Below are positions 1 through 10,756 of a stretch of DNA of 64,000 nt, piece by piece. The stretch comes from an uncultured delta proteobacterium (GTDB lineage: Bacteria > Myxococcota_A > Polyangia > Haliangiales > Haliangiaceae). The DNA lies in NCBI GenBank assembly GCA_963848295.1, contig CAWKDB010000010.1:3872001-3936000 (forward strand), written 5' to 3'. The notes under the pieces were generated by a model, which searched no databases, was not told where the DNA came from, and saw only the letters and a program-made list of their open reading frames with translations. Position numbers and translations under genes: made by a program. Each line of letters begins with the position of its first letter. Position 1 is the stretch's first letter.

Positions 1-239
1 ACCAGATCCCCGACCAGAACCCGGTGAAGCTAGCGCTGCGCGCGATCGAACATCTCAGCGCGTACGCGACCGCATATCGATATCCATCTCCCCGCGGACG
101 GGTGCGATCGCCTCCCTCGGCGGCCGAGCTCGACGTCGACCTCGCGAAGGTCGACGCCGCTCTCACCGAAGTGGCGAAGCGTTTCGTTGTCGACCTTGCC
201 GAAGACACGCCCGCCGGTAAGCCCGATCCGTTTCGTTGA
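1..239 (+). CDS. HEPN-domain protein, 5'-truncated by window edge
   Basis: Frame open from base 3; LSAYATAYRYP resembles the L-x-x-Y-A-x-x-x-R-Y-P end of HEPN toxins. Confidence 0.6.
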   Translation, partial: QIPDQNPVKLALRAIEHLSAYATAYRYPSPRGRVRSPPSAAELDVDLAKVDAALTEVAKRFVVDLAEDTPAGKPDPFR

Positions 240-379
240 TCAGCCGCTTGCGCGTGGCTTGCACGCGAAGCGAGATGAACCTCGACCAACCAGTACCAAG
301 CAACACGACAGAGCCACGCAACGGTGTGTGATCGTTGGAATGGCGCGAGATGGTTGAAGATCTCGATCACGTGGTCCGT

Positions 380-426
380 AGGTTGTGGTCCTGGATGTCG
401 GGGTTCGAGCCCCGTCGTTCGCCCCA
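380..426 (+). mobile_element. 3' half of tRNA-His(GTG), probable att site
   Basis: AGG-TTGTGGT-CCTGG anticodon arm, GGGGTTCGAGCCCCG T-arm, CGTTCGCC-CCA end; no 5' acceptor strand or D-arm upstream. Confidence 0.75.
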
Positions 427-524
427 AAGTCTCAACTGGTTAGTGGCGACCCTCCGGCGGTCGGAATCTCGCTGCCACGTGGCTGCCACGCCGAACACGG
501 AAGCGATCGGCGGCCGCGCATCAC

Positions 525-1028
525 TCAGATCTGCGCCACGCACGGCGGCACCGTGATGCCGTCAAACTGGATCGTCGCGCGGACCTCGATCGGTGCGGGA
601 TCGCCGGAGACGGTCCAGACGAACACGTCGGACGGGGTGGACGGTCGAGACGCGAATCGCAGTCGGATCGGCGTGTCGAGGCTCGCGCGGCTGCCGGGGG
701 CGAGCTGGAGCTCCCGCGGCTCGACGGGCATGTCGATCATCGGCTCCGAGATCGATCGCTCGACGCCAGCCGCCGTGATGCGCAGCTCGAAGTTCATAAA
801 AGGGTAGGAATAGTGGAGCGTCACCGGCTGCCGCGTGCCGTTGACCACAACAAACCGCAGCGCGAGCTCGTCCGGTCCCTGGCGCTGCACGGTGAGCTCG
901 CACCGGAGCACGGCCTCGGACTTCGCCGCAGGTGTCTCGTTACTCGCGGGTCTCTCGTGGCCACCGATGCAGCCGCACCCAGCGACCGCGAGGCTTGCGA
1001 AGATCAGAAATCCGCTAAACCGGCGCAT
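525..1028 (-). CDS. Hypothetical lipoprotein
   Basis: MRRFSGFLIFASLAVAGC lipobox; start moved to ATG 1028. Confidence 0.65.
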   Translation of the reverse strand: MRRFSGFLIFASLAVAGCGCIGGHERPASNETPAAKSEAVLRCELTVQRQGPDELALRFVVVNGTRQPVTLHYSYPFMNFELRITAAGVERSISEPMIDMPVEPRELQLAPGSRASLDTPIRLRFASRPSTPSDVFVWTVSGDPAPIEVRATIQFDGITVPPCVAQI

Positions 1029-1194
1029 AGCACGACTTAGAACGCGACCATCACGATCGCGGCGCCGGCGAGGGTCAGGTGGACAGACTCTTCGGTGGCC
1101 GTGGCAACTCATGAGGCCAGTCCATCTCCGACGGAGGGCGCGTAGACCTCGAGGACCCCGGCAGCTTGGGACGCTTTGTGGAGCATCGTCAACG

Positions 1195-2637
1195 CTACGG
1201 CGCGCCGAGGCGCTGCGCGATCTCGACCAGCCGCGCCTTCTCTTCTCGCTCGAACTCCTTGGCGAGCCGCGCGTAGATCGCGTCGCGCTGCTTCGCGATC
1301 GCCTCGAGCCTGCAGGCGACGTAGACCTCGCCCGCGAGCTTGTCGCCGAGGTTCTGGACCTCGGACACCTTGCCGTGTGAGAACGACACCACCGCCAGGC
1401 GGTTCGCGGTGCGGTTCGGATCCCGCTTGTCCCACTCGCGCTTGCTGCACGCGGCGGCGCGGGCCTTCGCCTGCTTGTACGCCGCGATGCCCTTGTCGGT
1501 GTCGGCCTTTACCAGGAAGTCTTCGTCCTCCCAGATCAGGCGCTGCTGGTCGGGTCGCGGCGCGACGAACGCCGGCATCGTCACCTTGGCCGGGTGCTTC
1601 GTCGTCAGCACGTCGGCGATGTGGTTGACGTCGTTGAACCGGCAGTCCTCCAGCAGGCCGTTCGCGTGCGCGATGCGGTTGGCGTCGAACAGCAACAGGG
1701 GCTCGCCGGGCACAACCCCGCACGACGTCGCCGGATTCGCGACGCCGTACACGAAGAATGCGGGATCGAGGTTCATGAACAGCTCGTGGGTGAGCAACGC
1801 GCTGTCCCGCGTGACGTGGTCCTGCGTCATGTTGAAGAACCCGTATAGCGAGAGCGCGTGGTCCCCCACCGACGCCCCAGGTGGCGGCGCGCCGTAGACG
1901 TCGTGAATCGTCGGCACCGTCTTGTTGAGCTCGGTGACGACCACGACCGCGTCTGCGCCCGGATCGCCGATCGCGTCGATCTCGAACGGCTGGTCGGCGT
2001 GCACCTCGCCGCTCTCCATCCGCTTCGACATCATGTCGCCGTCGTGGCCCAGGCCGCCGGCCTTGCCGCCGCCGAACAGATGCACCTCGAGGAAATGTCC
2101 CGTCGTCGCCGTGATCACGATCGGTTGCCACTGGCCGGCGATGCGCGGCAGCTTGAACCTCGCGGACACCGCGGTCGTCAGGTCATCGCCGAGCGCGACC
2201 TCGACGGGGTGTGGCTTTGCCGGCAGCGCGATGTCGAGCCTCACCTGCGCCGGCACGTGCGCGTCGTTGCCCGGCACGCGTGCCCACAGGATGCCGTTGC
2301 CGCGGACGTCACCGTCGATCGGATCGAGGCAGCCGTGGCCGACCTGCAGGTACAGATGCATCGCCGGATCGTTGACCTTGAAGCTCCAGCGGCCGTCCTT
2401 GAGGACCGAGATCTTCGCGAGCGGGACGTACTTGGCGTCCGCGGGACCACAGAACTCTTCCATGTCGCGAGTCGTGAATGCTCCGGGCACGGCCAGCGGC
2501 GTCTGCACCGGCGCGCCGGACACGGGCAGCTCGACCCGGGGCAGCTTCAGGACGATGCCGCGCACGGCGTACTTGTCGGCGGCGGCAGTAGACGCGAGCG
2601 CAGCGAGCGCGAGTCCGATGGCGAACGGACGAAACAT
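1195..2637 (-). CDS. Hypothetical secreted protein
   Basis: 480 aa ORF, signal peptide, GGAGG RBS. Confidence 0.8.
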   Translation of the reverse strand: MFRPFAIGLALAALASTAAADKYAVRGIVLKLPRVELPVSGAPVQTPLAVPGAFTTRDMEEFCGPADAKYVPLAKISVLKDGRWSFKVNDPAMHLYLQVGHGCLDPIDGDVRGNGILWARVPGNDAHVPAQVRLDIALPAKPHPVEVALGDDLTTAVSARFKLPRIAGQWQPIVITATTGHFLEVHLFGGGKAGGLGHDGDMMSKRMESGEVHADQPFEIDAIGDPGADAVVVVTELNKTVPTIHDVYGAPPPGASVGDHALSLYGFFNMTQDHVTRDSALLTHELFMNLDPAFFVYGVANPATSCGVVPGEPLLLFDANRIAHANGLLEDCRFNDVNHIADVLTTKHPAKVTMPAFVAPRPDQQRLIWEDEDFLVKADTDKGIAAYKQAKARAAACSKREWDKRDPNRTANRLAVVSFSHGKVSEVQNLGDKLAGEVYVACRLEAIAKQRDAIYARLAKEFEREEKARLVEIAQRLGAP

Positions 2638-2799
2638 GTGACCTCCGCCGGCACGCTATCAGAGTCACGAGCGCGGTCGATGTCACACCGGTTACTTGTT
2701 CGGCTCAGCATCGAGCGTTGGTCCCAACCCGGTCATCGAACCCGGGGCAACTTCAATTTGATCAGTGGACCGTCGGCCTCTGCGACCACCCGAAGAGGT

Positions 2800-3360
2800 T
2801 CACGGGCAGGGCTTGCACGGCGGGAGGCGCCGCGTGAAATCGGTGGGCTTGCCGCGCGCGTCGACGGCGATCTCGCAGCACTGCTCGAACAGGCTGCGCA
2901 GTTGCGCGCGGCCACGCTGCACGCGCGATTTCATTCCGGACACCGAGATGCCGGCCATTTCGGCCGCTTCCTTTGCCGTCCGGCCTTCAAGCTCGACGAG
3001 CGTGATCGCTTCGCGATAGGGCGACGGAAGCTGCGACACGAACAGCGAGACGCAACCGGCGAGCGCGGTCGCCGCCTCGCGATCGTTGTCCGACGTCGGT
3101 GCGGCCGGCATCTCGTCGAGGTCATCGGTGCCGATCGGGGCGCGTGCGTGCTTGCGGCCCGAATCGGCGATCGCGTTGCGCGCGACCTGGAACATCCACG
3201 CCGAGAAGCGATCATCGTCGCGAAGCTCCGGCAGCCCGCGGTGCATGCGCACGAGGACGTCTTGCACGACATCCTCGACCTCGCCCGACGCGACCCGATG
3301 CGCGACGAACGGCCGCAGCTTCGCGGCGACGTCAGTCCACGGCACCGCGGCCACCGTCAC
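2800..3360 (-). CDS. sigZ: ECF sigma factor, SigZ-like
   Basis: EDVVQDV, AWMFQVARNAIAD, SGMKSRVQRGR, C-terminal CCEI..DARG; GTGA overlap with arsM stop. Confidence 0.85.
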   Translation of the reverse strand: MTVAAVPWTDVAAKLRPFVAHRVASGEVEDVVQDVLVRMHRGLPELRDDDRFSAWMFQVARNAIADSGRKHARAPIGTDDLDEMPAAPTSDNDREAATALAGCVSLFVSQLPSPYREAITLVELEGRTAKEAAEMAGISVSGMKSRVQRGRAQLRSLFEQCCEIAVDARGKPTDFTRRLPPCKPCP

Positions 3361-4175
3361 GCGCAGCAGCCCGGCGCGCAGCAAGCCGCCTTCGGTGCGT
3401 TCGGATCGAAGCGGCGCGCCTCGATCGTCGCCGACGCGATGAACTTGCTCGCGCCCGCGAGCCACGAGTCGACGATCTCCGCGCTGCGCGGTGCGATCGT
3501 GACCGCGATGTCGACGAAGCCGACGTTCGCGAGCATCTGTTTCACGTCCTCGAGTGGGCTCGCACCTGAAATGCAGCTCGCCAGCGCCGCGGCCTGCGTC
3601 TGAAGCTCCGGCGGGATCGGGGCGATCGCGATGACATCGCTGATCGCGAGCCGACCGCCGGGTTTGAGCACGCGGAGCGCCTCGGTGAACACCGCGTGCT
3701 TCTCGGGCGACAGGTTGATGACGCAGTTCGACATGATCGCATCGACCGACTGATCGGCGACTGGCAGGTGCTCGATCTCGCCGAGCCGAAACTCGACGTT
3801 CGAAGCGGACACCTTGCGCGCGTTGTCGCGTGCGCGCGAGATCATCTCCGGCGTCATGTCGACACCGATCACGCGTCCGGTCGGGCCGACGGCGCGCGCC
3901 GCGAGGAAGCAGTCGAAGCCGCCGCCCGAGCCCAGATCGAGCACAGTCTCGCCGGCCTCGAGCGCGGCGATCGCGTTGGGATTGCCGCAGCCGAGCCCGA
4001 GGTCTGCGCCCTCGGGAACCGCAGCGCGATCGCCGTCGGTGTAGCCGAGCGAGAGCGACTGGTCCGAAGGAACGGCGCCACAGCAGCCGGGCGCGCAGCT
4101 ACCGCCCTTGGTGGACACGTTCGCGTAGTGCTCGCGGACGATCGTCCGCGTCTTGTCTGCGGTGAGGTCACTCAT
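3357..4175 (-). CDS. arsM: Arsenite S-adenosylmethionine methyltransferase
   Basis: LGLGCGNP, VLDLGSGGGFDC, SNCVINLSP, CISGA motifs. Confidence 0.95.
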   Translation of the reverse strand: MSDLTADKTRTIVREHYANVSTKGGSCAPGCCGAVPSDQSLSLGYTDGDRAAVPEGADLGLGCGNPNAIAALEAGETVLDLGSGGGFDCFLAARAVGPTGRVIGVDMTPEMISRARDNARKVSASNVEFRLGEIEHLPVADQSVDAIMSNCVINLSPEKHAVFTEALRVLKPGGRLAISDVIAIAPIPPELQTQAAALASCISGASPLEDVKQMLANVGFVDIAVTIAPRSAEIVDSWLAGASKFIASATIEARRFDPNAPKAACCAPGCCA

Positions 4176-4645
4176 GGTTCATCTCCTATGCTTGGGGAGA
4201 CGGGCCTCGGTCCGAAAGGACGCAAGGAATCGGCCGTGGCGACGCCCCAACCCTTGTCACGGATCAAGTCGCTGACGAGCCGGCGAATCTCATCGCGAAT
4301 TCCGCGCACTTTGCTGACCGACAGACCGTGCGGATCGGGCAGCTTCCAATCCTGGCGTCGTGAATCGGGAATCGTCGGACAGCGCTCGGGGCAGCCAAGC
4401 GTAACGAGAAAATTCAGATCGGTGATCATTCGCCCGGTCAGCCCGACTGGCTGTACGTCAGACAGATCGATCCCGACCTCTCGCATCACTTCGATCACGT
4501 CGTCGTAGACGTGGTCCGACGGGTCGAGGCCGGCCGCGATTCCGCGAGCTTTCGCCGGATCCGCCAGTTGATTGAAGAATGCGTTCGCGATCTGCGACCG
4601 GCCCGCGTTGTGCGTGCATGCGAACAAGACAAGCTGCGCGATCAT
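4172..4645 (-). CDS. arsC: Arsenate reductase (LMW-PTP family)
   Basis: [10 protein letters not shown]-loop, GCPERCP, DW.LPDP; ATGA overlap with acr3. Confidence 0.9.
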   Translation of the reverse strand: MIAQLVLFACTHNAGRSQIANAFFNQLADPAKARGIAAGLDPSDHVYDDVIEVMREVGIDLSDVQPVGLTGRMITDLNFLVTLGCPERCPTIPDSRRQDWKLPDPHGLSVSKVRGIRDEIRRLVSDLIRDKGWGVATADSLRPFGPRPVSPSIGDEP

Positions 4646-5715
4646 ATCTGCTCCGATGCAATGCGACGAGCGGTGGGATGGAAGTGTCGCTGCGCCCACA
4701 GCGACGCGTGAACGAGCGCGAGCATGACAGGCACCTCGACGAGCGGGCCGATCACCGCGGCGAACGCGACACCGCTGTGAATGCCGAACGTCGCGACCGC
4801 GACGGCGATCGCAAGCTCGAAGTTGTTCGAAGCCGCCGTGAACGACAGCGTGGCCGACTGCTCGTAGTCCGCGCCGACGCGCTTGCTCAGCAGGAACGAC
4901 GCCGCGAACATCACGACGAAGTAGATGAGCAGCGGCAGTGCGATCCGCAGGACATCGAGCGGCAGTTGGATGATCGATTCGCCCTTGAGCGAGAACATCA
5001 CGACGATCGTGAAGAGGAGCGCGACCAAGGTGAGCGGTCCGATGCGCGGAACGAAGCGGGTCGTGTACCACTCGTCGCCCTTCGCACGCCTGAGCACCGT
5101 GCGAGTCAGGAACCCGGCGGCGAACGGAACTCCGAGATAGATGCCGACGCTCTTCGCGATCTGCCCCATCGAGACGTCGATGACCGCGCCGTGGAGCCCG
5201 AGCCAGCGAGGCAATACGGTCGCGAACAGGTAGGCGTAGATCGGAAAGAACAGAACCTGGAACAGCGAGTTGAACGCGACGAGCCCCGCGCAATACTCGG
5301 TGTCGCCCTTCGCGAGCTCGTTCCAGACGATCACCATCGCGATGCATCGCGCGAGACCGATGATGATCAGCCCGAGCATGTAATCCGGGTGATCGGGCAG
5401 AAACACGACCGCGAGCGCGAACATCAGCAGCGGGCCGATGACCCAGTTCTGGACGAGCGAGAGCAGGATCACGCGCTTGTTGCGAAAGATCTTGCCGAGT
5501 TGCTCGAACCGCACCTTCGTGAACGGCGGGTACATCATCAGGATCAGCCCGACCGCGATCGGGATCGAGGTCGTGCCCACGCTCAGGCGGTCGAGCGCCT
5601 TGGGTAAACCCGGTGCGAGGTTTCCCAGCGCGACGCCTAGCGCCATCGCCGCGAAGATCCAGACGGTCAGGTACCGATCGAGGAACGAAAGCTTGCCGGC
5701 GATGCGGGACTGCAT
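4642..5715 (-). CDS. acr3: ACR3 arsenite efflux transporter
   Basis: [37 protein letters not shown]. Confidence 0.97.
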   Translation of the reverse strand: MQSRIAGKLSFLDRYLTVWIFAAMALGVALGNLAPGLPKALDRLSVGTTSIPIAVGLILMMYPPFTKVRFEQLGKIFRNKRVILLSLVQNWVIGPLLMFALAVVFLPDHPDYMLGLIIIGLARCIAMVIVWNELAKGDTEYCAGLVAFNSLFQVLFFPIYAYLFATVLPRWLGLHGAVIDVSMGQIAKSVGIYLGVPFAAGFLTRTVLRRAKGDEWYTTRFVPRIGPLTLVALLFTIVVMFSLKGESIIQLPLDVLRIALPLLIYFVVMFAASFLLSKRVGADYEQSATLSFTAASNNFELAIAVAVATFGIHSGVAFAAVIGPLVEVPVMLALVHASLWAQRHFHPTARRIASEQI

Positions 5716-5829
5716 GACGTCACGCGCGCGACTTGCGCGGCCTCGGCTCGGTCGCGAAGCGATCGAATCCCGGCATCCGGCGCCGGTCGGAGTGCGTGAA
5801 CGGCACGACGTCGATCGCCTCCAACGGGA

Positions 5830-6198
5830 TCATTTGCAGGCGTCCGGCCCGCAGTTCTTCTTGAGGCGGACGAGGTCGCCGCGGACGGAGCGCTCGGCGC
5901 CGAACGTCTTGGTCAGAACCTCGATCACGCTCGTGACCGAGGCGTGTTCCTGGTCGGTGATCCGGTAGTAGACCCACGTGCCGTCGCGTCGGCTGTCGAC
6001 GATGCCGGCCGCCTTGAGAATGCCGAGCTGGCGCGAGCAGTTCGGTTGGCTCAGGCCGAGCGCCGACTCGAGATGGCACACACAGAGCTCTCCGTGCACG
6101 AGCAGCGCCATGATGCGCACGCGCGTCTCGTCACCGAGCGCACGGAAGAACTTGGTCAGAGGCCGAACGTCTTCGAGGTCGGTTGTACTGGCGAGCAC
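5830..6198 (-). CDS. arsR: ArsR/SmtB repressor
   Basis: ALGDETR, ELCVCHL As-binding box, heads ars operon. Confidence 0.93.
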   Translation of the reverse strand: MLASTTDLEDVRPLTKFFRALGDETRVRIMALLVHGELCVCHLESALGLSQPNCSRQLGILKAAGIVDSRRDGTWVYYRITDQEHASVTSVIEVLTKTFGAERSVRGDLVRLKKNCGPDACK

Positions 6199-6200
6199 GT

Positions 6201-6227
6201 CATCTCTATATCACAATGTCCGCATGT
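6201..6227 (-). promoter_or_regulatory. Putative ArsR operator, copy 1
   Basis: Minus strand ACATGCGGACATTGTGATATAGAGATG, 20/27 identical to 8950-8976. Confidence 0.6.
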
Positions 6228-6240
6228 TGGGAAGGACCCG

Positions 6241-6657
6241 ATGACTGCGAGGAGCGTCTTGTTTCTCTGTGTGGCGAATTCGGCTCGTAGCCAGATGGCA
6301 GAAGGTCTTGCGCGGGAGGTGTTGGGTCCGAGCGTCCGCGTGCAGAGTGCCGGTAGCCAACCGTCGTCGGTGAACCGGTTCGCAATCGAGGTCATGCGGG
6401 AGATCGGGATCGACATCAGCGCACAGCGCTCGAAGTCGGTCGACACGATCGACGCAGCGTCGGTCGACACGGTAGTCACGCTCTGTGCCGAGGAAGTATG
6501 CCCGGTGTTTCTCGGCAACGTGCGCCGGATCCACTGGCCGATCGAGGATGCTACCAGCGCCGATCCGTCGCTCACCCGCGACCAGAACCTCGTCCGGTTC
6601 CGCAAGGCCCGCGACGAGATCCGCGCCCGGCTCGAAACGCTCGCGGCGCACAGCTAG
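6241..6657 (+). CDS. arsC: Second arsenate reductase (LMW-PTP family)
   Basis: [28 protein letters not shown]. Confidence 0.92.
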   Translation: MTARSVLFLCVANSARSQMAEGLAREVLGPSVRVQSAGSQPSSVNRFAIEVMREIGIDISAQRSKSVDTIDAASVDTVVTLCAEEVCPVFLGNVRRIHWPIEDATSADPSLTRDQNLVRFRKARDEIRARLETLAAHS

Positions 6658-7901
6658 TCGCCTCCAACCTCGACGCCTTCGGGCAAAACAAAGTCGCTGC
6701 TCGTGCGCGGCAGCATCATGGCGAGCAGTGCGGCGAGCACCGCGAACACCGCAGAAGCCGTCAGACACCCGACGAGCCCGGTCTGCTCGTACATCACGCC
6801 GGACAGGACGGTGCCGGCAAGCCGGCCGCCCGCGTTCGCCATGTAGTAGAAGCCGACGTTCATCGTCACCTTGTCGCCGTCGGAGTACGCGAGGATCAGG
6901 TACGAATGAACCGCGGAGTTGATCGCGAACACGACGCCGAACAGCCCGAGGCCGACGACGAGTACGATGTCGGCACGAACGCCTTCGTGCACGCCGAGGA
7001 CGACACCGCCGATCACCAGCGCGAGCAAGAACGCGAGCACCGTCGCCGAGCGGCCCTGCGGCGCGCGGCCGCGGGTGAACCGCTTCAGCAGCATGGGCGT
7101 GATCGATTGGATGATGCCGTAGCCGATCACCCACGCCGCGAGGAATCCGCCGACCTCCGTGAACCCCCAGTCGAACTGGGTCGCGAGGAACACGGGTACG
7201 CCGACGACGAACCAGATGTCGCGCGCCCCGAACAGGAAGAACCGCGCGGCCGACAGCACGTTCACGCTGCGGTTCTTCGAGAACATGTGACTGAACTTCG
7301 CCTTGCCCTTGGCCTTGCCCAGCTCGCGCGGCAGCGACGCGGTCGAGAACGCGAGCGTCAGGAAGATGGCTGCGGCCATCGCGACGAGCGAGCCACGGAA
7401 GCCGAGCTGACCGAGGAGCAGGCCGCCCAGGAAGAACCCGACGCCCTTGAGCGCGTTCTTCGAGCCGGTGAGCACCGACACCCACTTGAACAGCGATGAC
7501 TCGGCGCCCGTCGGCACCAGCACCTTGATCGCGCTCTTCGCGCTCATCTTCGTAAGGTCCTTCGCGATGCCCGACAGCGCTTGCGCCGACATGACATAGG
7601 TCACCGACGCGACGCGGCTCCATGTCGGATCGAGTAACGCAAGCATGAGCAGAGCTACGACCTGGAGCGCGAGACCGCCGAGCAGCGTCGCTCGCAAACC
7701 GAGCCGCGCGGCGATGAATCCGCCGACCAGGTTCGTGACGACGCCGAAGAGCTCGTAGAACACGAACAGGAACGCCAGCTCGACCGGCGTGTAACCCAGC
7801 TTGTAGAAGTGCAAGAGGACGAGCATCCGCAACGCCCCGTCCGTGAGCGTGAAGGCCCAGTACGCCGCGGTGACGAGCGCGTAGTTGCGGATGGCGCTCA
7901 T
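6654..7901 (-). CDS. arsJ: Organoarsenical efflux MFS transporter
   Basis: [35 protein letters not shown]; follows gapdh. Confidence 0.93.
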   Translation of the reverse strand: MSAIRNYALVTAAYWAFTLTDGALRMLVLLHFYKLGYTPVELAFLFVFYELFGVVTNLVGGFIAARLGLRATLLGGLALQVVALLMLALLDPTWSRVASVTYVMSAQALSGIAKDLTKMSAKSAIKVLVPTGAESSLFKWVSVLTGSKNALKGVGFFLGGLLLGQLGFRGSLVAMAAAIFLTLAFSTASLPRELGKAKGKAKFSHMFSKNRSVNVLSAARFFLFGARDIWFVVGVPVFLATQFDWGFTEVGGFLAAWVIGYGIIQSITPMLLKRFTRGRAPQGRSATVLAFLLALVIGGVVLGVHEGVRADIVLVVGLGLFGVVFAINSAVHSYLILAYSDGDKVTMNVGFYYMANAGGRLAGTVLSGVMYEQTGLVGCLTASAVFAVLAALLAMMLPRTSSDFVLPEGVEVGGD

Positions 7902-7905
7902 CAGG

Positions 7906-8916
7906 TCAGTGCAAGCTGCGTCCGACCCTGCGCGCCAGCTCCATCATGCGATGGACGTAGCCGATCTCGTTGTCGTACCAGGCGAGGATCTTCACCTGCG
8001 TGCCATCGATCACCATCGTCGATGGCGCATCGATGATCGCCGAGTGCGGGTCACCCTTGAAGTCCACGGAGACGAGCGGGCGTTCCTCGTAGGCCATGAT
8101 GCCTTTGAGCGGACCGTCGGCAGCTGCCTCGAGGAGCTGGTTGACCTCGTCGATCGTCGTCGGCCGATTGACCTCGAACACGCAATCGGTCAGCGAGGCG
8201 TTGAGCAGCGGCACGCGCACGGCGATGCCGTTGAGCTTGCCCTTCAGCTCGGGATAGATGAGCGTGATCGCGGTCGCCGAGCCCGTGCTCGTCGGGATGA
8301 GCGAGAGGCTGCTCGCGCGGGCGCGGCGCAGATCCTTGTGCGGCGAGTCGATGACGACCTGCGTATTCGTGATGTCGTGGATCGTCGTGATCACGCCGTG
8401 CTTGATGCCGAGGCTCTCGTGGATCACCTTGACCACCGGCGCGAGGCAGTTCGTCGTGCACGAGGCCGCGGTGATCAAGTGATGCTTGTCCGGGTCGTAG
8501 AGCTTGTCGTTGACGCCGATGACGATATTCAGCGCGCCTTCCTTGACCGGTGCGGCGACGATCACCTTCTTCACGCCGCGCTCGAAGTACGGATCAAGCA
8601 GCGCGGTCGTGCGGAACTTGCCCGAGCATTCGAGCACGAGGTCGACGCCGAGCGCTTTCCAGTCGATCTCACCCGGCGCGCTCCGATCGCTGAACGTCAC
8701 GTTCGTGCCGTCGATCGCGATCGCGTCACCGATCGCCTTGACGTCGTGTTTCCAGCGCCCGTGCACCGAGTCGAACTCCAGCAGGTGCGCCGCCGTCTCG
8801 GCACCACCCTTGGTCTCGTTGATGTGAACGAACTCGATGTCCGGCCAGCCCCAAGCCGCCCGCAATGCGAGGCGTCCCATGCGTCCAAAGCCGTTGATGC
8901 CGATCCGAGTGCTCAC
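7906..8916 (-). CDS. ArsJ-associated glyceraldehyde-3-phosphate dehydrogenase
   Basis: [34 protein letters not shown] before GTG 8916. Confidence 0.95.
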   Translation of the reverse strand: MSTRIGINGFGRMGRLALRAAWGWPDIEFVHINETKGGAETAAHLLEFDSVHGRWKHDVKAIGDAIAIDGTNVTFSDRSAPGEIDWKALGVDLVLECSGKFRTTALLDPYFERGVKKVIVAAPVKEGALNIVIGVNDKLYDPDKHHLITAASCTTNCLAPVVKVIHESLGIKHGVITTIHDITNTQVVIDSPHKDLRRARASSLSLIPTSTGSATAITLIYPELKGKLNGIAVRVPLLNASLTDCVFEVNRPTTIDEVNQLLEAAADGPLKGIMAYEERPLVSVDFKGDPHSAIIDAPSTMVIDGTQVKILAWYDNEIGYVHRMMELARRVGRSLH

Positions 8917-8949
8917 GCTAGATCTCCTTGAGAGCTTGCCACCATCGCG

Positions 8950-8976
8950 ACATTCGCATATTGGTATGTGGAGATG
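8950..8976 (+). promoter_or_regulatory. Putative ArsR operator, copy 2
   Basis: ACATTCGCATATTGGTATGTGGAGATG with ACAT-N12-ATGT dyad, in gapdh/pstS divergent gap. Confidence 0.6.
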
Positions 8977-9999
8977 CAACAGCCGATGGCCATTCGCGCG
9001 CAGCTTACTGTTGTCGTCATGCTCATCGCTGGTGCCTGTGGCCGAACCGACGATGGGGCGCCAGCTCCGATCGGCCCGCCGGTCCGCGTCGACGGATCGA
9101 GCACGGTCTATCTCGTGTCAAAGGTCATGGCCGACGAAGCCGAGAAGCAAGGCCTCGCGAAGGCCGCGGTCAGCGAGTCCGGAACCACCGGCGGCTTCAA
9201 GAAACTCTGCGCGGGAGAGATCGATGTCGCGGGCGCATCGCGCCCGATCCAGCAAGTCGAGCTCGATGCGTGCCGCGCGTCCGGGGTCGAATTCATCGAG
9301 TTGCCGATCGGCTACGACGGCCTCGCGGTGGTGGTGAACGTCGACGACACGTGGGCGGATCACCTCACGGTCTCGGAGTTGAAGCGGATGTGGGAGCCTG
9401 CGGCCACGAAGACGATCACGAACTGGAACCAGATCCGGAGCTCGTTTCCTGATCGCGCGTTGCATCTTTTCGGCCCAGGCGGAGACTCGGGAACCTTCGA
9501 CTACTTCACGCAGGCGGTCATCGGTACGCAGCGTGCGAGCCGGACCGACTACACGGGCAGCGAAGACGACATGGTGCTCGTTCAGGGTGTCGCGAACGAT
9601 GCGAACGCGCTCGGCTATTTCGGCTACGCGTACCTGCGCAACGAGCCGAAGCTGCGCGCCGTGCCGATCGACGATGAGGACAAGACGAACGGCGACGGAC
9701 CGATCGCCCCGTCACCGACGACCGTTGCCAACGGCACGTATCAACCGCTATCGCGGCCAATCTTCATCTACGTCAACGCGAAGTCGATCGCGCGCCCCGA
9801 GGTCGATCGATTCGTGTCGTTCTATCTGCGAGCGGCCCGCGAGCTGACGGCGGACGTTGGCTACGTATCGCTGCCGTCGTACACGGATTCGCTCGTCGAG
9901 GCTCGCTACACCGCGCGCCGTACGGGAACGATGTTCGCCGGACACACGCCGAGCATCGGCGTGACGATGGACGAGCTACTCGATGTAGAGAAGCGATAG
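8974..9999 (+). CDS. pstS: PstS-family phosphate-binding lipoprotein (start may be 8986)
   Basis: [40 protein letters not shown] lipobox. Confidence 0.92.
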   Translation: MQQPMAIRAQLTVVVMLIAGACGRTDDGAPAPIGPPVRVDGSSTVYLVSKVMADEAEKQGLAKAAVSESGTTGGFKKLCAGEIDVAGASRPIQQVELDACRASGVEFIELPIGYDGLAVVVNVDDTWADHLTVSELKRMWEPAATKTITNWNQIRSSFPDRALHLFGPGGDSGTFDYFTQAVIGTQRASRTDYTGSEDDMVLVQGVANDANALGYFGYAYLRNEPKLRAVPIDDEDKTNGDGPIAPSPTTVANGTYQPLSRPIFIYVNAKSIARPEVDRFVSFYLRAARELTADVGYVSLPSYTDSLVEARYTARRTGTMFAGHTPSIGVTMDELLDVEKR

Positions 10000-10072
10000 T
10001 CGCGATCCCGCGCTGCACTAGACTGAACTGCGACACCACTCGGGTTCGCCCCGAGAATCCGCGGTCCAGACG

Positions 10073-10756
10073 TTACTGTACGCCGAGCGCCTCTTCCCAC
10101 GGGGTCGAGAACAGCAGGTAGTCGCCGAAGTCGAACGGGTTCTGCTCGAGCTGCGCGCGCTGGTCGTCGGTGAGCGCCGCGAGGAACCGCTTGTTCTGGT
10201 GATCGACATCGTCGAGGAGCTCGCGCGCGAGCTCGACGCCGGCCATCGGCTTGGTCGCCATCGAGATCTCGCCGTCCATCACCGCGGAGACGAGGCGATT
10301 CTCGATCGCGCTCGCGGCGTCTTTCGTCGCGCCATCGAGCTCTGCGAGCTGGTGTTGGTCGAGGTGCGCGAGCTGGGCGAAGTCGTCGCGAACGCGCGCG
10401 ACGCGGGCTCGCTGCGGTGCGATCGCGCGCTGCGCGAACGGCACGACCCGATCGCGATACGCGAGCAGGTCTTCGCCCGGCTGCGGAGCGAACCACATCG
10501 CCCAGCCCGGGATCTTGAACCCGTAGAGGTCCATGCCGTCGTTGCTCGCGGCCGGTGCCGCCGCCGAGTCGTCGGCTTGTCCGCGCTCGCCGTTGCTGTT
10601 CGAGGTGCGCCACTCGCTCGGGTGCGGCGACTTCGAACAGTCCGCTGCGGGAGACGCCGGGGCATGCTCGCCGCCGCGCGAGCAATCGCGCCAGCCCTGG
10701 TAGATGCAGATCGCTCCGAGCAGGATCGCGAGCCGGCGCCAACCGATCGAGGTCAT
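10073..10756 (-). CDS. Hypothetical membrane-anchored helical protein
   Basis: N-terminal hydrophobic helix; ATGA overlap with Lgt-like gene. Confidence 0.75.
   Translation of the reverse strand: MTSIGWRRLAILLGAICIYQGWRDCSRGGEHAPASPAADCSKSPHPSEWRTSNSNGERGQADDSAAAPAASNDGMDLYGFKIPGWAMWFAPQPGEDLLAYRDRVVPFAQRAIAPQRARVARVRDDFAQLAHLDQHQLAELDGATKDAASAIENRLVSAVMDGEISMATKPMAGVELARELLDDVDHQNKRFLAALTDDQRAQLEQNPFDFGDYLLFSTPWEEALGVQ

Noticed and set aside
340..426. Intact tRNA-His gene
   Set aside because: No 5' acceptor strand complementary to CGTTCGCC and no D-arm.
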